From Camelus dromedarius (Eukaryota): 64,000 nucleotides of DNA. The notes beneath the pieces are model-generated. The model saw nothing but the letters and a program-made list of their open reading frames with translations, ran no database searches and was not told the origin of the DNA. The translations under genes and the position numbers were made by a program. Positions 43,001 to 56,500 of this stretch are shown here, one piece after another (position 1 is the stretch's first letter; the number at the start of each line of letters is the position of its first letter). The stretch covers positions 88,848,001-88,912,000 of the forward strand of contig NC_087436.1 of NCBI RefSeq assembly GCF_036321535.1, read 5' to 3'.

Positions 43001-46000
43001 AACCCTGCTGGGTCACCCATGTCCTGATTTCTGCCACACCAACTCTTCACTCCAGGACTTGTGGTTACTTGTCTGCCTGTCTCCTCCTATGATCTCAGTC
43101 TACTCGTTTCCTCCTCATCTCTTTTTCTTTCCTCAGCTAACCCAGTGCCCTGGGATCATCACTTCACCTCTCCCACCAGGACCTTCAGCTTCTTTGTCCC
43201 TAGATCTTTCTGCCATATGCACTAAGCAGACCTCCAACTGAGAGTCAGTGTGAATGTCATATTTTCAGTCTTATATTCATGCTCCTCAGAACTGAGGAGA
43301 ACATTACCCAAGGATGCAGAGTGGTGTCATGTCTGACTTTCAGCACCTGTGGTACCCTTAATGTTACTCAGTCATCTTGTCACCTATTTCTCATTCTCCA
43401 CAGAACAAAACCATTGTGCTCACCCACCTGTACTGATCTAACAGTCTTTTAAATACACTCAGGAAATATAGTGAGAGGTTTGGTCTGACTTTTTATTACT
43501 GAGCCCATGTTGTGTCCTCACGGTTACTTGTTTATCATCTAGGTTCTTAGAAATGATGCCAGTAATTCACAATTTGTTCTTTCCATTCTATCAACTTGAG
43601 AGATTTGATCCATTCCCGTCAAGTACTAATGTCCACTAAACAGGAATTCTCCATTTTAGATCCATACCTTCCCTGGGGGGCTGTTTTCCAGAATCACTGG
43701 AGAGTGAGCAAGTGTGATTCTAAAAAGCCCTAGGTGACTCTGACCTGACTCTGTGCTCCCTACTGCCCTGTCCCCTAAGAAGGCACTCTGTCACCCTCCC
43801 TGCTCCATGTCTGGGTCTAGAATGTAGACAGCAATTGGCCTAAGCTTTGGGCCAATCCCTGTAGTCCCTGGGGCTCACGGAAACTGGGAGTTCTTCCCCT
43901 TTCAATCTTTGTAGTTACTTGTTTCTTCTGGTCTTGCAGCTACCTATCCATATACTCTGCTCCTGCACCTGAACAGTTGGCCATTGCTGGAGAATCTCAC
44001 ACACCCAGCTGCTAACTAAGCTCATGTCGAATGTATGGTCTAGTATCTCAAGTGAATATCTAACAATATGGCACCCATCCAATATACGTTCACAGTAGAG
44101 TCACTTTTCTACCCTCAACTAATTGACATCTCCTTTCTCCCCACATCTTCTTCACCCTCCACTGGTTGTACCTCACATTTCATAAAGAAAACAGACACCG
44201 TTATATCTTTCACCTTGTCTCACCCGCCCCTACCTCCAGCTGTGGTCACATTCCCTCTTTTACCTTGAGTTGTGGTGGAGGATGTATCCTTGCCCTGTTT
44301 AAGGCCAATCATATTCCCATTCATGTTTTCAGAGACTTAATTTTTTAAATCATTGATTTCTATTTTTCACCAACTTTTCCCTTTTTTGCTGGGTCATTTC
44401 CTTTGGCAAACATGCCTTGATGTCACCAACTTAAACCCCCTACTCTTGACTTTATATCCCTCTTCAATTATTGCCCCATTTCAGCTGGTATTCGCAGTAG
44501 AACTCCTGAAGGAGTTTCCTACTGTCATCATCTCCACTTTGCTAATTCCTGTATCCCCCTCAGGCTATTCCATTGGGGCTCTCATCATGGCCACTACAGA
44601 AATGGCACTTACCAAAGTCTTTAGTGACTTCCATCTTGCCAAATCCAATGGTGAATTTTCAGTTTTCAACTCCCTGGAACCCTCCCCAGTATTTGATTAC
44701 TCTGTCCTTCTTGAAATACTTTCGTCTTCGCTTTTCTTTTAAAATAACAACAACAAAAAATTCTTATTTTCCTTTTATGTGACTGACCTATCCTTCTCTT
44801 TCTCTTTGTGCAGCTTCTCCTTGTTTAGGCCACTGAATATTTTAGCTCCCTAGGACGGTTATGGACTGCATGGCTGTGTCCCCCTAATTTCATACACTGA
44901 AAAATCCAACCCCCTGATAGGATGGTATTAGGAGGTGGGGCCCTTGGGAGGTGATTAGGTCGTGAGGGTGAAACCCTCATAATGATAAGATGTGTGTCCT
45001 AAGTAGAGGAGGAAAGCTAGCTCTCCCTCCCACTGCCTTATAAAGATACAACAAGAAGACATCTAAATGAGGAAGAGGATCTTCACCAGAACCTGACCCT
45101 GATAATTTCCTGATTGTCCAGCCTCCACAGCTGTGAGAAATGAATGTTTGTTGTTCAAGTCACCCAGTCTATGATAATTTGTTTTAGCAGCCCAAGCTGA
45201 CTGAGATAAGAGCTCAGTTCTTGGCTTTCTTATCTGTCTACAGTCATCTAATCACATGGTCTCAAATGCTTGTGTATATGCAAGCAAATATATATGATAA
45301 GGATCGACATGAATATCAAGTATTTGTTTGTGACTTCCAAATTTATATCTCTAGCACAACCCAGGTTTTCTCCCAACTGCCATTACTACCCACTGACCTC
45401 AAACATATTTAAATGCTTAGATGAGATGTCCGTTTGAATGTGTAATAAACATTCTCCTTTACATGGTCAAACCAAAACTTGATTCCTTACCTCGGCCACA
45501 CTGCAAAGAATTGTATGCTTCTCAAACTTCCCCCATCTCAGTAAAAGGCATCATTATCTGTTGGTTCGCTAATGCACCAAACATGGGAGTCATCTTTAAT
45601 TCCTCTCACATTTACTCTAGCAGTAAGTTCTGTAGGTTCTTCTTCCAAAGTATAGCTTGAACCCAGCCATTTCTCATCATCTTTATGCTATAATCCTAAT
45701 CCAAGCCACCATCACATCAGATCTGGACTATTGTAGTAGCTTCCTAGGGTCGCCATAACAAAGTACCACAAACTGGGTGGCTTGAACAACAGAAGTTCAT
45801 TGTCCTACAGTTCTGGAGGCTAGAAGTCCAAGGTCAAAGGATTGGGGCAGTTGGTTCTTTTTTTTTTTTTTTCCTGAAGGAAAAATAAATTATTCTTTAA
45901 TTTTGGCTGCTCTATAAAAAGCAAATTATAGAAATTCTTGCGGTTGCTACTGTTGAGGAGGTTTGATTTGGGGCATGGGGGGGGGCATTGTTTCCCTCTG

Positions 46001-49000
46001 AGAGGATGCCTCTCCTAGCTTCTGGTGTTTTGCTGGCAATCTTTGGCATTCCTTGGCCCGTAGAAGCATTTTTCTGATCGTTGCCTTCATCTTCACTCTT
46101 TGTGTACATGCCTGTCTCCAAATTTCCCATTTATATAAGGAGACCAGTCGTACTGGATGAGGGCTCAGCATAAGGGTCTCATTTTAACTTGATTACTTCT
46201 GTAAAAACCTTATCTCCAATGAGATCATGTTCTGATGTAGTAGGGGCTAGCATTTCAACATATGAATTTTGGGAAGACACAGTCCATCCATAACAACTAT
46301 TAAAAAAGTTGCCTAGTTTTTTGTTTGTTTTACTACTCTCCTGTTCCCTTGGTGTATATTCTACACACAGTGAGGTACTGATCTTTCTAAAATGTAAATC
46401 AGATCATGTCACCACCTCTGCTTAAAACTGTACAAGGGCTTCTCATTATAATAAGAACAAAATCTTATTACAGCCTTTAAATATCCAGTCCTACCTCTTT
46501 GTAACTTTCCCTATGTTCCCATCACTCATTGGACCCCAAACATTTTGCCTTTCTGGCCCTGAAATCCCCCAAGCTCATTCCTGCCTCAGGGCTTTTGTAC
46601 TTGCTGCTTCTGCAGTTTGAAACATTCCTATAGAGTGACAGAATTCTCCTTCCCATCATTTAAGTCTTAATTTAAGTGTCACTTTGTTAAAGGCTTTCTC
46701 TAACCATCCTAGCTAAAGTGACCCCCATCAGTCATCTCTCTATCACGTTATCCTGTTTTTTTTCACTCCTAATTCCCTGAAATAATCTTATTTGTTTATA
46801 TATGTATTTGGCTATTTAGCCCTGTAGGATCAAAGCCCTATGAGATCATGGACCCTGTTTGTCTTCCTCACCTTTTTTTTTTTCGGAACATTTCTGCTTT
46901 ATCTTTAATTTTTTTTTTTTAACATTTTTTTATTGGTTTATAATCTTTTTACAATGTTGTGTCAAATTCCAGTGTTCAGCACAATTTTTCAGTTATTCAT
47001 GGACATATACACACTCATTGTCACATTTTTTTCTCTGTGAGTTATCATAACATTTTGTGTATATTTCCCTGTGCTATATACAGTGTAGTCTATTCTACAA
47101 TTTTGAAATCCCAGTCTATCCCTTCCCACCCTCCACCCCCCTGGTAACCACAAGTCTGTATTCTCTGTCTGTGAGTCTATTTCTGTCCTTTATTTACGCT
47201 TTGTTTTTGTTTGTTTGTTTGTTTTTGTTTTTTAGATTCCACATATGAGCGATCTCATATGGTATTTTTCTTTCTCTTTCTGGCTTACTTCACTTAGAAT
47301 GACATTTTCCAGGAGCATCCATGTTGCTGCAAATGGCATTATGTTGTCAGTTTTTATGGCTGAGTAGTATTCCATTGTATAAATATACCACATCTTCTTT
47401 ATCCAGTCACCTGTTGATGGACATTTAGGCTGTTTCCATGTTTTGGCTATTGTAAATAGTGCTGCTATGAACATTGGGGTGCAGGTGTCATCCTGAAGTA
47501 GATTTCCTTCTGGATACAAGCCCAGGAGTGGGATTCCTGGGTCATATGGTAAGTCTATTCCTAGTCTTTTGAGGAATCTCCACACTGTTTTCCATAGTGG
47601 CTGCACCAAACTGCATTCCCACCAGCAGTGTAGGAGGGTTCCCCTTTCTCCACAGCCTCTCCAGCATTTGTCATTTGTGGATTTTTGAATGACGGCCATT
47701 CTGACTGGTGTGAGGTGATACCTCATTGTAGTTTTGATTTGCATTTCTCTGATAATTAGTGATATTGAGCATTTTTTCATGTGCTTTTTGATCATTTGTA
47801 TGTCTTCCTTGGAGAATTGCTTGTTTAGGTCTTCTGCCCATTTTTGGATTGGGTTGTTTATTTTTTTCTTATTGAGTCGTATGAGCTGCTTATATATTCT
47901 GGAGATCAAGCCTTTGTCGGTTTCACTTGCAAAAATTTTCTCCCATTCCGTAGGTTTTCTTCTTGTTTTATTTCTGGTTTCCTTTGCTGTGCAGAAGCTT
48001 GTAAGTTTCATTAGGTCCCATTTGTTTATTCTTGCTTTTATTTCTTCTAGGAGAAAATTTTTGAAATGTATGTCAGATAATGTTTTGCCTATGTTTTCCT
48101 CTAGGAGGTTTATTGTATCTTGTCTTATGTTTAAGTCTTTAATCCATTTTGAGTTGATTTTTGTATATGGTGTAAGGGAGTGTTCTAGCTTCATTGTTTT
48201 ACATGCTGCTGTCCAGTTTTCCCAACACCATTTGCTGAAGAGACTGTCTTTATTCCAATGTATATTCTTGCCTCCTTTGTCAAAGATGAGTTGACCAAAA
48301 GTTTGTGGGTTCATTTCTGGGCTCTCTATTCTGTTCCATCGGTCTATATGTCTGTTTTGGTACCAGTACCATGCTGTCTTGATGACTGTAGCTCTATAGT
48401 ATTGCCTGAAGTCTGGGAGAGTTATTCCTCCAGCCTCTTTCTTTCTCTTTAGTAATGCTTTGGCAATTCTAGGTCTTTGATGGTTCCATATGAATTTTAT
48501 TATGATTTTTTCTAGTTCTGTGAAATATGTCCTGGGTAATTGGATAGGGATTGCATTAAATCTGTAGATTGCCTTGGGCAGTGTGACCATTTTAACAATA
48601 TTGATTCTTCCAATCCAAGAGCATGGAATATCTTTCCATTTTTTAAAGTCTTCTTTAATTTCCTTCATCAATGGTTTATAGTTTTCTGTGTATAATTCTT
48701 TCACCTCCTTGGTTAGATTTATTCCCAGATATTTTATTACTTTGGGTGCTATTTTAAAGGGGATTGTTTCTTTACTTTCTTCTTCTGTTGATTTATCGTT
48801 AGTGTAAAGAAATGCAACTGATTTTTGAACGTTAATTTTGTAACCTGCTACCTTGCTGAATTCTTCAATCAGCTCTAGTAGCTTTTGTGTGGACCTTTTA
48901 GGGTTTTCTATGTATAGTAACATGTCATCAGCATATAATGACACTTTTACCTCTTCTTTTCCAATTTGGATCCCTTTTATTTCTTTCTCTTGCCTGACTG

Positions 49001-52000
49001 CTGTGGCTAGGACTTCCAGGACTATGTTGAATAGGAGTGGTGATCGTGGGCATCCTTGTCTTGTCCCAGATTTTAGTGGGAAGCTTTTGAATTTTTCACC
49101 GTTGAGTACTATGCTGGCTGTAGGTTTGTCATATATAGCTTTTATTATGTTGAGATATGTTCCCTCTATACCCACTTTGGCGAGAGTTTTTATCATAAAT
49201 GGGTGTTGAATTTTATCAAATGCTTTTTCTGCATCGATTGAGATGATCATGTGGCTTTTGTCCTTTCTCTTGTTGATGTGATGTATTACACTGATTGATT
49301 TGCGTATGTTGAACCAGCTTTGTGTCCCTGGGATGAACCCCACTTGGTCATGATGTATAATCTTTTTTATGTGTTGTTGGATTCTATTTGCTAAAATTTT
49401 GGTGAGGATTTTGGCGTCTATGTTCATCAGTGATATTGGCCTATAATTCTCTTTTTTTGTGGTGTCTTTGCCTGGTTTTGGTATCAGGGTGATGGTGGCT
49501 TCATAGAATGAGTTTGGGAGTATTCCCTCCTTTTCAATCGTCTGGAAGAGTTTGAGAAGGACTGGTATGAGTTCTTCTTTGTATGTTTGGTAGAATTCCC
49601 CGGTGAAGCCGTCCGGTCCTGGACTTTTATTTGTAGGGAGGTTTTTAATTGCTATTTCTATTTCCTTTCTAGTGATCGGATTGTTCAAGTGTTCAGATTC
49701 TTCTTGATTCAGTTTTGGTGGACAGTATGTTTCCAGAAACTTGTCCATCTCCTCTAGGTTATCCAGTTTGGTTCCATATAGTTTTTCATAATATTCTCAT
49801 ATGATATTCTGTATTTCTATTTTGTTTGTTGTAATTTCTCCATTTTTCCTTTCTTATTTTGCTAATTTGTGCTCTCTCTTTTTTCTTCTTTGTGAGTTTG
49901 GCCAGAGGTTTGTCGATTTTATTTCTTCCTCACCTTTGTAGTTTCATTTCCTTCAGCATGGAATATAGCAGCCACTCAATAAAGAATTGTTAACTGACTA
50001 ACCAGATCCTTCTTGACATTTCTTAGTAATCACATCTGCAGGTCTTTTAGTAGTTAGAGCTATAATTTGTTCAGAATTAGACATTTTAACTCATGTACAG
50101 AAGGTCAGTGATCTTTTACTGATTCCTCCCATTTCTTAGGCCACACCTCAACTCAACATTTCAGTGTATTAAGCCCTTATAAGTTTCATCGCATGGAGGA
50201 TGAGTCTTCTGGATATTGTCTGAAAATCATGCTTCTTGAGTGGAGAAATTAGAAGTAAATTTCAAATAGTTCTTCTTTGTCTTAGTTACCTACTAATACT
50301 ACATCATTTAACACTGATAGAAATTTTCCTCTTTTCTTGTTCTTCCCACACATTTTGCTGAGAAGCCATTTTTATTTTTCCTGCTTTTTTTTTTTTTTTC
50401 TTTTTAAACAAACCCCTGCTTTCACTATGACTAAGGCTTTTTGCTACAGTTTCATGCCACTGCTCTTTGATAAACTTTCTGGTTTCAAGCTCTGGAATCC
50501 TTATGTATTTTGAAGTTCTGGGATTCAAGGTCAGATTTACTTTTTAGCTAATTCTTCATTTTCTTACTGCAATCATTTGTGATGGTAAATCAGAATTTGG
50601 CACTCAAACTCTCCCATCTCTGTTAAGCTTGCTCTAAAGTGTCTCTAGACATATTCTATCCTTTTCTCAAAACATTCTTTTTAATCAGTAGTTATATCCC
50701 TTTTTATTGAAGTACAGTTGATGTACAATCTTATATATTACAGGTGTACAATATAGTGATTCACCATTTTTAAAAGTTATGTTCCATTAATAGTTATAAA
50801 ATATTGGCTGTATTCCCTGTGTTGTACAATATATCCTTATAATTTAATTTTTTTCAATTTTTTTATTGAAGAAAATCTCTAAACCTGGCCAGCTGAATTA
50901 AGTGAAAATGTGGCAAATTTATGTCTAAACTAGAGTTGAGTGTGGAAAATTGCAAACTGAATCTGGTTATTGTGTCCAGAGACATTGTGCCTGCAATTCT
51001 GTATAAACTGCCTGGATGTCATAATGCATCTGAAGTGTTAAGTAGGTGATCATTGAAGAATTGGGAGCTGAAATCATCTTATTTCAATGCTGTCTATAAT
51101 GTATAGTCATTATTAAAACAGTAGTATAAACATGAAGCAAATTAAATGTGAATTTCTTGTAGTGAAATACCCTCTGGAGCAAGAATGAAGGGAGGAAAAG
51201 GTCTCTTAACATTTTCTTTGGTCACTTGTATTGTGGGTGGTGGAGTTTCACTTGGCTTCACCTTGGCTGCTTCCTCATTCTCAGAGCATGAGGATCTCCG
51301 CACAAACTTCTTTAAGGCTGTGCCAGTTCTCCTTGCTGCTGCTTTGAGGTCTGACAGCACTGGGGAAAAAAATCCCCTGTATGCTGAAGATTTTCAGCTG
51401 CTATTCTTGGCTTTTTTGTCTTTGTAGCCCAATTTAATTCTTCACTAAAATGGCCACATGAACATAGTTTGTTCCTATGTGTCTTTCTACTGGGTACTTT
51501 TTATTTTAAATTGAAGTACAGTCAGTTTATAGTGTTGTGTCAATTTCTGGTGTACAGCATGATGTTTCAGTCATACATATACATACACATAATCCTTCTC
51601 ATATTCTTTTTCACTAAGGTTACTACAGGAAGTTGATTATAGTTCCCTGTGCTATACAGTAGAAAATTGCTGTTTATCTATTTTATATATAGTAGTTAGT
51701 ATCCGCATATCTTGACCTCCCAATTTATCCCTTCCTACCCTCTACCCACCCTGGTAACCAAGTTTGTTCCCTATGTCTGTGAGTGTTTCTGTTTTGTAAA
51801 TAAGTTCATTTGTATCATTTTTTTTTTTAGATTCCACATATAAGTGATATCATATAGTATTTTTATTTGTCTGGCTTACTTCACTTGGTATTACAATCTC
51901 CAGGTCCATCCATGTTGCTGCAAATGGCATTATTTTATTCCTTTTTATGGCTGAGTAGTATTCCATTGTATAAATATACCACAACTTATTTATTCAATCA

Positions 52001-53554
52001 TCTGTTGATGGACATTTAGGTTGTTTGGTTAAATAGTGCTGCTATGAACATTGAGGTACATATATCTTTCTGAATTAGAGTTCCCTCTGGATATATGCCC
52101 AGGAGTGGGATTGCTACATCATATAGTAAGTCTATTTTTAGCTTTTTGAGGAATCTTCAAACTGTTTTCCATAATGGTTGCCCCCAACTACATTCCCACC
52201 AGCAGTGTAGGAGGGTTCCCTTTTCTCCACAGCCTCTCCAGCATTTATCATTTGCGGACTTTTGAATGATGGCCATTCTGACTGGTGTGAGGTGATACTT
52301 AATGGTAGTTTTGATTTGCATTTCTCTGATAGTTAGCAACACTGAGCATTTTTTCACATGCATATTGGCCATTTATATGTCTTCATTGGAGGATTGCTTG
52401 TTTAAGTCTTTTGCCCATTTTCTGGATTGGGGTTTTTTTTTTTTTTTTATTAAGTTGTATGAGCTGTTTGTATATTCTGGAATTAAACTGTGTCACTTTC
52501 ATCATTTGCAAATATTTTCTCTCAGTCCATAGGTTTTCTTCTCATTTTGTTTATAGTTTCCTTTGCTGTGCAAAAGATTAGATGTTTAATTAGGTCCTAT
52601 TTGTTTATTTTTGCTTTTATTTCTATTGCCTGGGTAGACTGCCCTAGGAGAACATTGCTAAGATTTATGTCAGAGAATATTTTGCCTTTGTTTTCTTCTA
52701 GGAGGTTTATAGTGTCTTGTCTTACATTTAAGTCTTTAGCCATTTTGAGTTTATTTTTGTGTATGGAGTGAGAGTGTTCTAACTTCATTGATTTACATGC
52801 AGCTGTCCAGCTTTCCCAACACCACTTGCTGAAGGGACTGTCTTTACTCCATTGTATATTCTCACCTCCTTTGTCAGAGATTAATTGATCGTAGGTGTGT
52901 GTGTTTATTTTTGGGCCCTCTATTATGTTCCATTGATCCATATATCTGTTTTTATGCTGATACCATGCTGTTTTAATTAATGTAGCTCTGTAGTATTGTG
53001 TGAAGTCTGGGAGGGTTATTCCTCCAGCTTTGTTCTTTTTCTTCAGTATTGCTTTGGCAATTCTGGATCTTTTGTGGTTCCATGTAAATTTTCGGATTAT
53101 TTGTTCTAGTTCTGTGAAAATTATCCTGGGTAATTTGATAGAGATCATATTAAATCTGGATTGCTTTGGGCACTGTGGCCATTTTAACAATATTAATTCT
53201 TCTAATCCACGAGCATGGGATATCTTTCCATTTCTTCTGGGTACTTTTGAACTGAAACCAGATTACTAGGCCATCATGTAGCCCTAAATCCTCTTTCCTC
53301 TTTTCTCCTCCACCCAGATGGGTGACTCACATTCTTTCTAGCACAAGCTTAACATACAGATATACCAGTTATACACATCTTCTTCACTTCATGCCCCCAT
53401 TTCAAACAACGGATTATTGTTTTCCCTGGGCTTTGCCAGATTTGGGAAAAAAAATTTAAAGAGACTTTATTTTTTCCCTTTATACTCATAACAAGAAGGA
53501 AAATAGAACAATTTCTTCACTGAAGCCAAAAAAGTATGTGAATTTCCTGTGTAC

Positions 53555-53590
<36 letters not shown>

Positions 53591-56500
53591 TAATGCCATA
53601 AGGATGGTAGCTTGTGTCACAAGAGATCACTGGATACAAGTTAACAGCATTTAGCAGTTTTATTAGCAATATAGAAATTTACACTATTTCATTTTGTTAC
53701 AGATCATTTGCAGTATTCAACTGTTTGACATACTGCTTATGATTTAACCAGTTAGATGAGTATTTGTTGTAACCAAAATTTAGTAGATTTGATTCAAGGG
53801 AAGAAACTATTAAATAGGTAGTCATTTGAAATCAATAATTGCTTGATTTCAGATATCTTAAACAATAGAAACTCACATGAATGTTGAATTTCTCAGAGAG
53901 CCATGAACTTATCCCTCTAGACTAAAAAATTGAAGGAACAAGGAGAGGAAGAGAGGGAGGGAGGAAGAAGGGGAGAGAGACAAGGCAGGCAGACAGGCAT
54001 GTTCTTTGAGTGATGGCTTTATTTAATAAAAAATAATTCTTCTGTAATGTTATCCTATAATGTTCATGAGATAGCACTTCCTACATTTGATTATCATCGT
54101 CTCCTTAATCGTTCATCCTCACTCAGTTCTGAAGTTTGTATAAGCAGGGATCGTGTCTTTCTTGCTTAGTATTGTAATCCCTAGCACAATGTTTGGCATA
54201 GAGAAAAATATATATATATATATATTTCCCTCTATATGTGTAGAGATATATATGTATAGATTTTCAAATAATGACATCAACTTTTTATTAAGGTATAGTT
54301 GATGTACAATATTATATAAGTTTCAGGTATAAAATGTAGTGAATCACAATTTTCAAAGGTTATATTCCACTTATAGTTATAAAATATTGACTATATTTCC
54401 TGTGCTGAACAGCATATCCTTGTCACTTATTTATTTTATACATTGTAGTTTGTACCTCTTAATTCACAACTTCTTTCTTGTCCCTTCCCCTTTTCCTCTC
54501 CCTACTGGTAACTACTAATTTACCTGTGAGTCTGTTTCTTTTTTGTTATATTCACTAGTTTGCTTTATTTTTTAGATTCCACATATAAATGCTATCATAC
54601 AGTATTTGTCTTTCTTTGACTTATTTTGCTTAGCATAATACCCTCCAAGTTCCATCCATATTGTTGCAAATGGCACTGTTTCATTCTTCTTTATGGCCAA
54701 GTAGTATTCCACTATGTATATCTATATACACATATGTATATATTAGGTGGTTAGAGTTGGCCACTAATAAACATTTTGAAATGTCATTCACTGAGCTATC
54801 ATTAAACAAATACTTGCTGAGAATGCACTGCATGCCAGGTACTTGGTCCTGGGAATACCAGCCAAGTTCTTGCTTTACAGAACTTACATTCTGGGGGCAA
54901 GACAGAAAGTAGACAAAAAAAAAATCAATGTCATTGATATCAGTGAGGGCTATGAGACAAAAATTAAAGTAGGGTCAAGAGTAGAGAGTGAGGGGGTAAA
55001 GGCTAGACAGGGGCAGTCAAGGACGACCTCTTTGAGGAGGTGATGTTTGAGCTGGGACCTGGCTAAAAGGAGTAAAAGAGGGAGTCATGTGAGAGCTGAG
55101 AGACCAGCAAGGGAAGAGCCCTGAGTGGCAGATGTCCTTGGCATCTCCAAAAATAGGAAGTCCCTGCAGTTTGAACGGGGCAGGTCATGTGGGGCCTTGA
55201 AGGCCATGGATAGGGGTCTGCAGTTTGTCTCGAGTAAGATTCAAAGTCATCGGAAAATTATGAGTGGAAAATAGATTTGATTCTAGTTTTATTTTTAGAA
55301 AGTTCACTCTGCAACTGTAGGGAGAATGGGTTATGGGGCTAGGAGTAGAAGACAGGCCACCATTTGGGAGATGAGAGTAGCTTAGATTAGGATTGTCATG
55401 GTGGAGGAGGGAGAAACAACGTTCAAGATCTATTTGAAAGAGGAGTAGCGAAGACTTGCTGACGCCTTTAATGTTGGATATAAGAGATGATTCAACTGCA
55501 TAACCAGTGGTTATAAATATTAAATATGTGTGGAATGAATTCTGAATGCTTACAACATTGCCAAATACAGAGGAAGTGCTGGTAAGTCTTAGCCAACAGC
55601 AAACATCCAAGCGAATGTGTTGAATGGATAATCGGCTGCTCAAGTCTGCCGCTCAAGGGAAAGGTTGGAGCTGGAGATGTAGTTTGGGAATTACAGGGCT
55701 ACAGCTGGCATTTAAAACCACTGGACTAGGTGAAATCTTAAAGGGTGGTGAGTATAGAATGAGAAGGCTGAAGGCAGAGCCCTGGGGCACTTCAGTACAG
55801 ACACGGAGAGCAGAGGAGGAGGACCCGGCAGAGAGGAAGGGAAATTCTGGGGTGTGGAGAGCCCTGGAAGTCAAATGGCGGAAGTGTCTTAAGGTGGAAT
55901 TGACTAGACTATTGCTGACAAATGTTCAAAAACAAGGAAGTCTGATACTGCCCATTAGAAGCTGTGGGTGACCTTTTTAAGCCTCTGGCTTAAAATTTTC
56001 AGAAGCCTTCCCTGAAAACTTGACATTTCTCTGAGACATTTGCTCCTTCATGGAGGGATCTCTCAGCCTCGACTTTTTATTCTTTTTCATTTTTCCTCTT
56101 GTCACCTTTCTCTTTTTCACATCTTTTCATCATCTTTCCCACTCGATGAAGCAACTACTCTACCTCCCTTTCAAACAGAACAAGTTTTATTTCCCAGAAT
56201 AGCCCCATTCAAGATTAACGAGCTTTGCTTTTCACGATAATCCAACATTTACAAACTGCTCAGGACATTATGTAAAGGCTTCTTACATGAATACATAGGA
56301 AATGAGCATGGAAAGAGTCATTATTTATATCAATAAAATATTTTTTAAAATCCTATGTAAATTTTAAAACAGAAATCTGAGTTTAAGATGCCAGTAGCTC
56401 TTGAATTATCATTTTAGGAGAGAGAATGCTGCCGTTTGGAAAGTGGTGTTTGGCATCAATAATCTGGATCACCCATCAACGTTCATGCAGACGCGCCTCG

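Larger units (their letters stand above)
44000..46860. mobile_element. Long fragmented LINE-2 relic hosting two MLT1 LTRs, approximate limits
   Basis: L2-typical segments (ccatcttgccaaatccaatggtga, ttctaaaatgtaaatcagatcatgtcac, ctgcctcagggcttttgtacttgctg). Confidence 0.7.

Noticed and set aside
47734..49209. Plus-strand ORFs of 186 and 118 aa
   Set aside because: They are antisense shadows of L1 ORF2.
46876..49923. Autonomous active L1
   Set aside because: It lacks the 5' UTR, ORF1 and the endonuclease domain.
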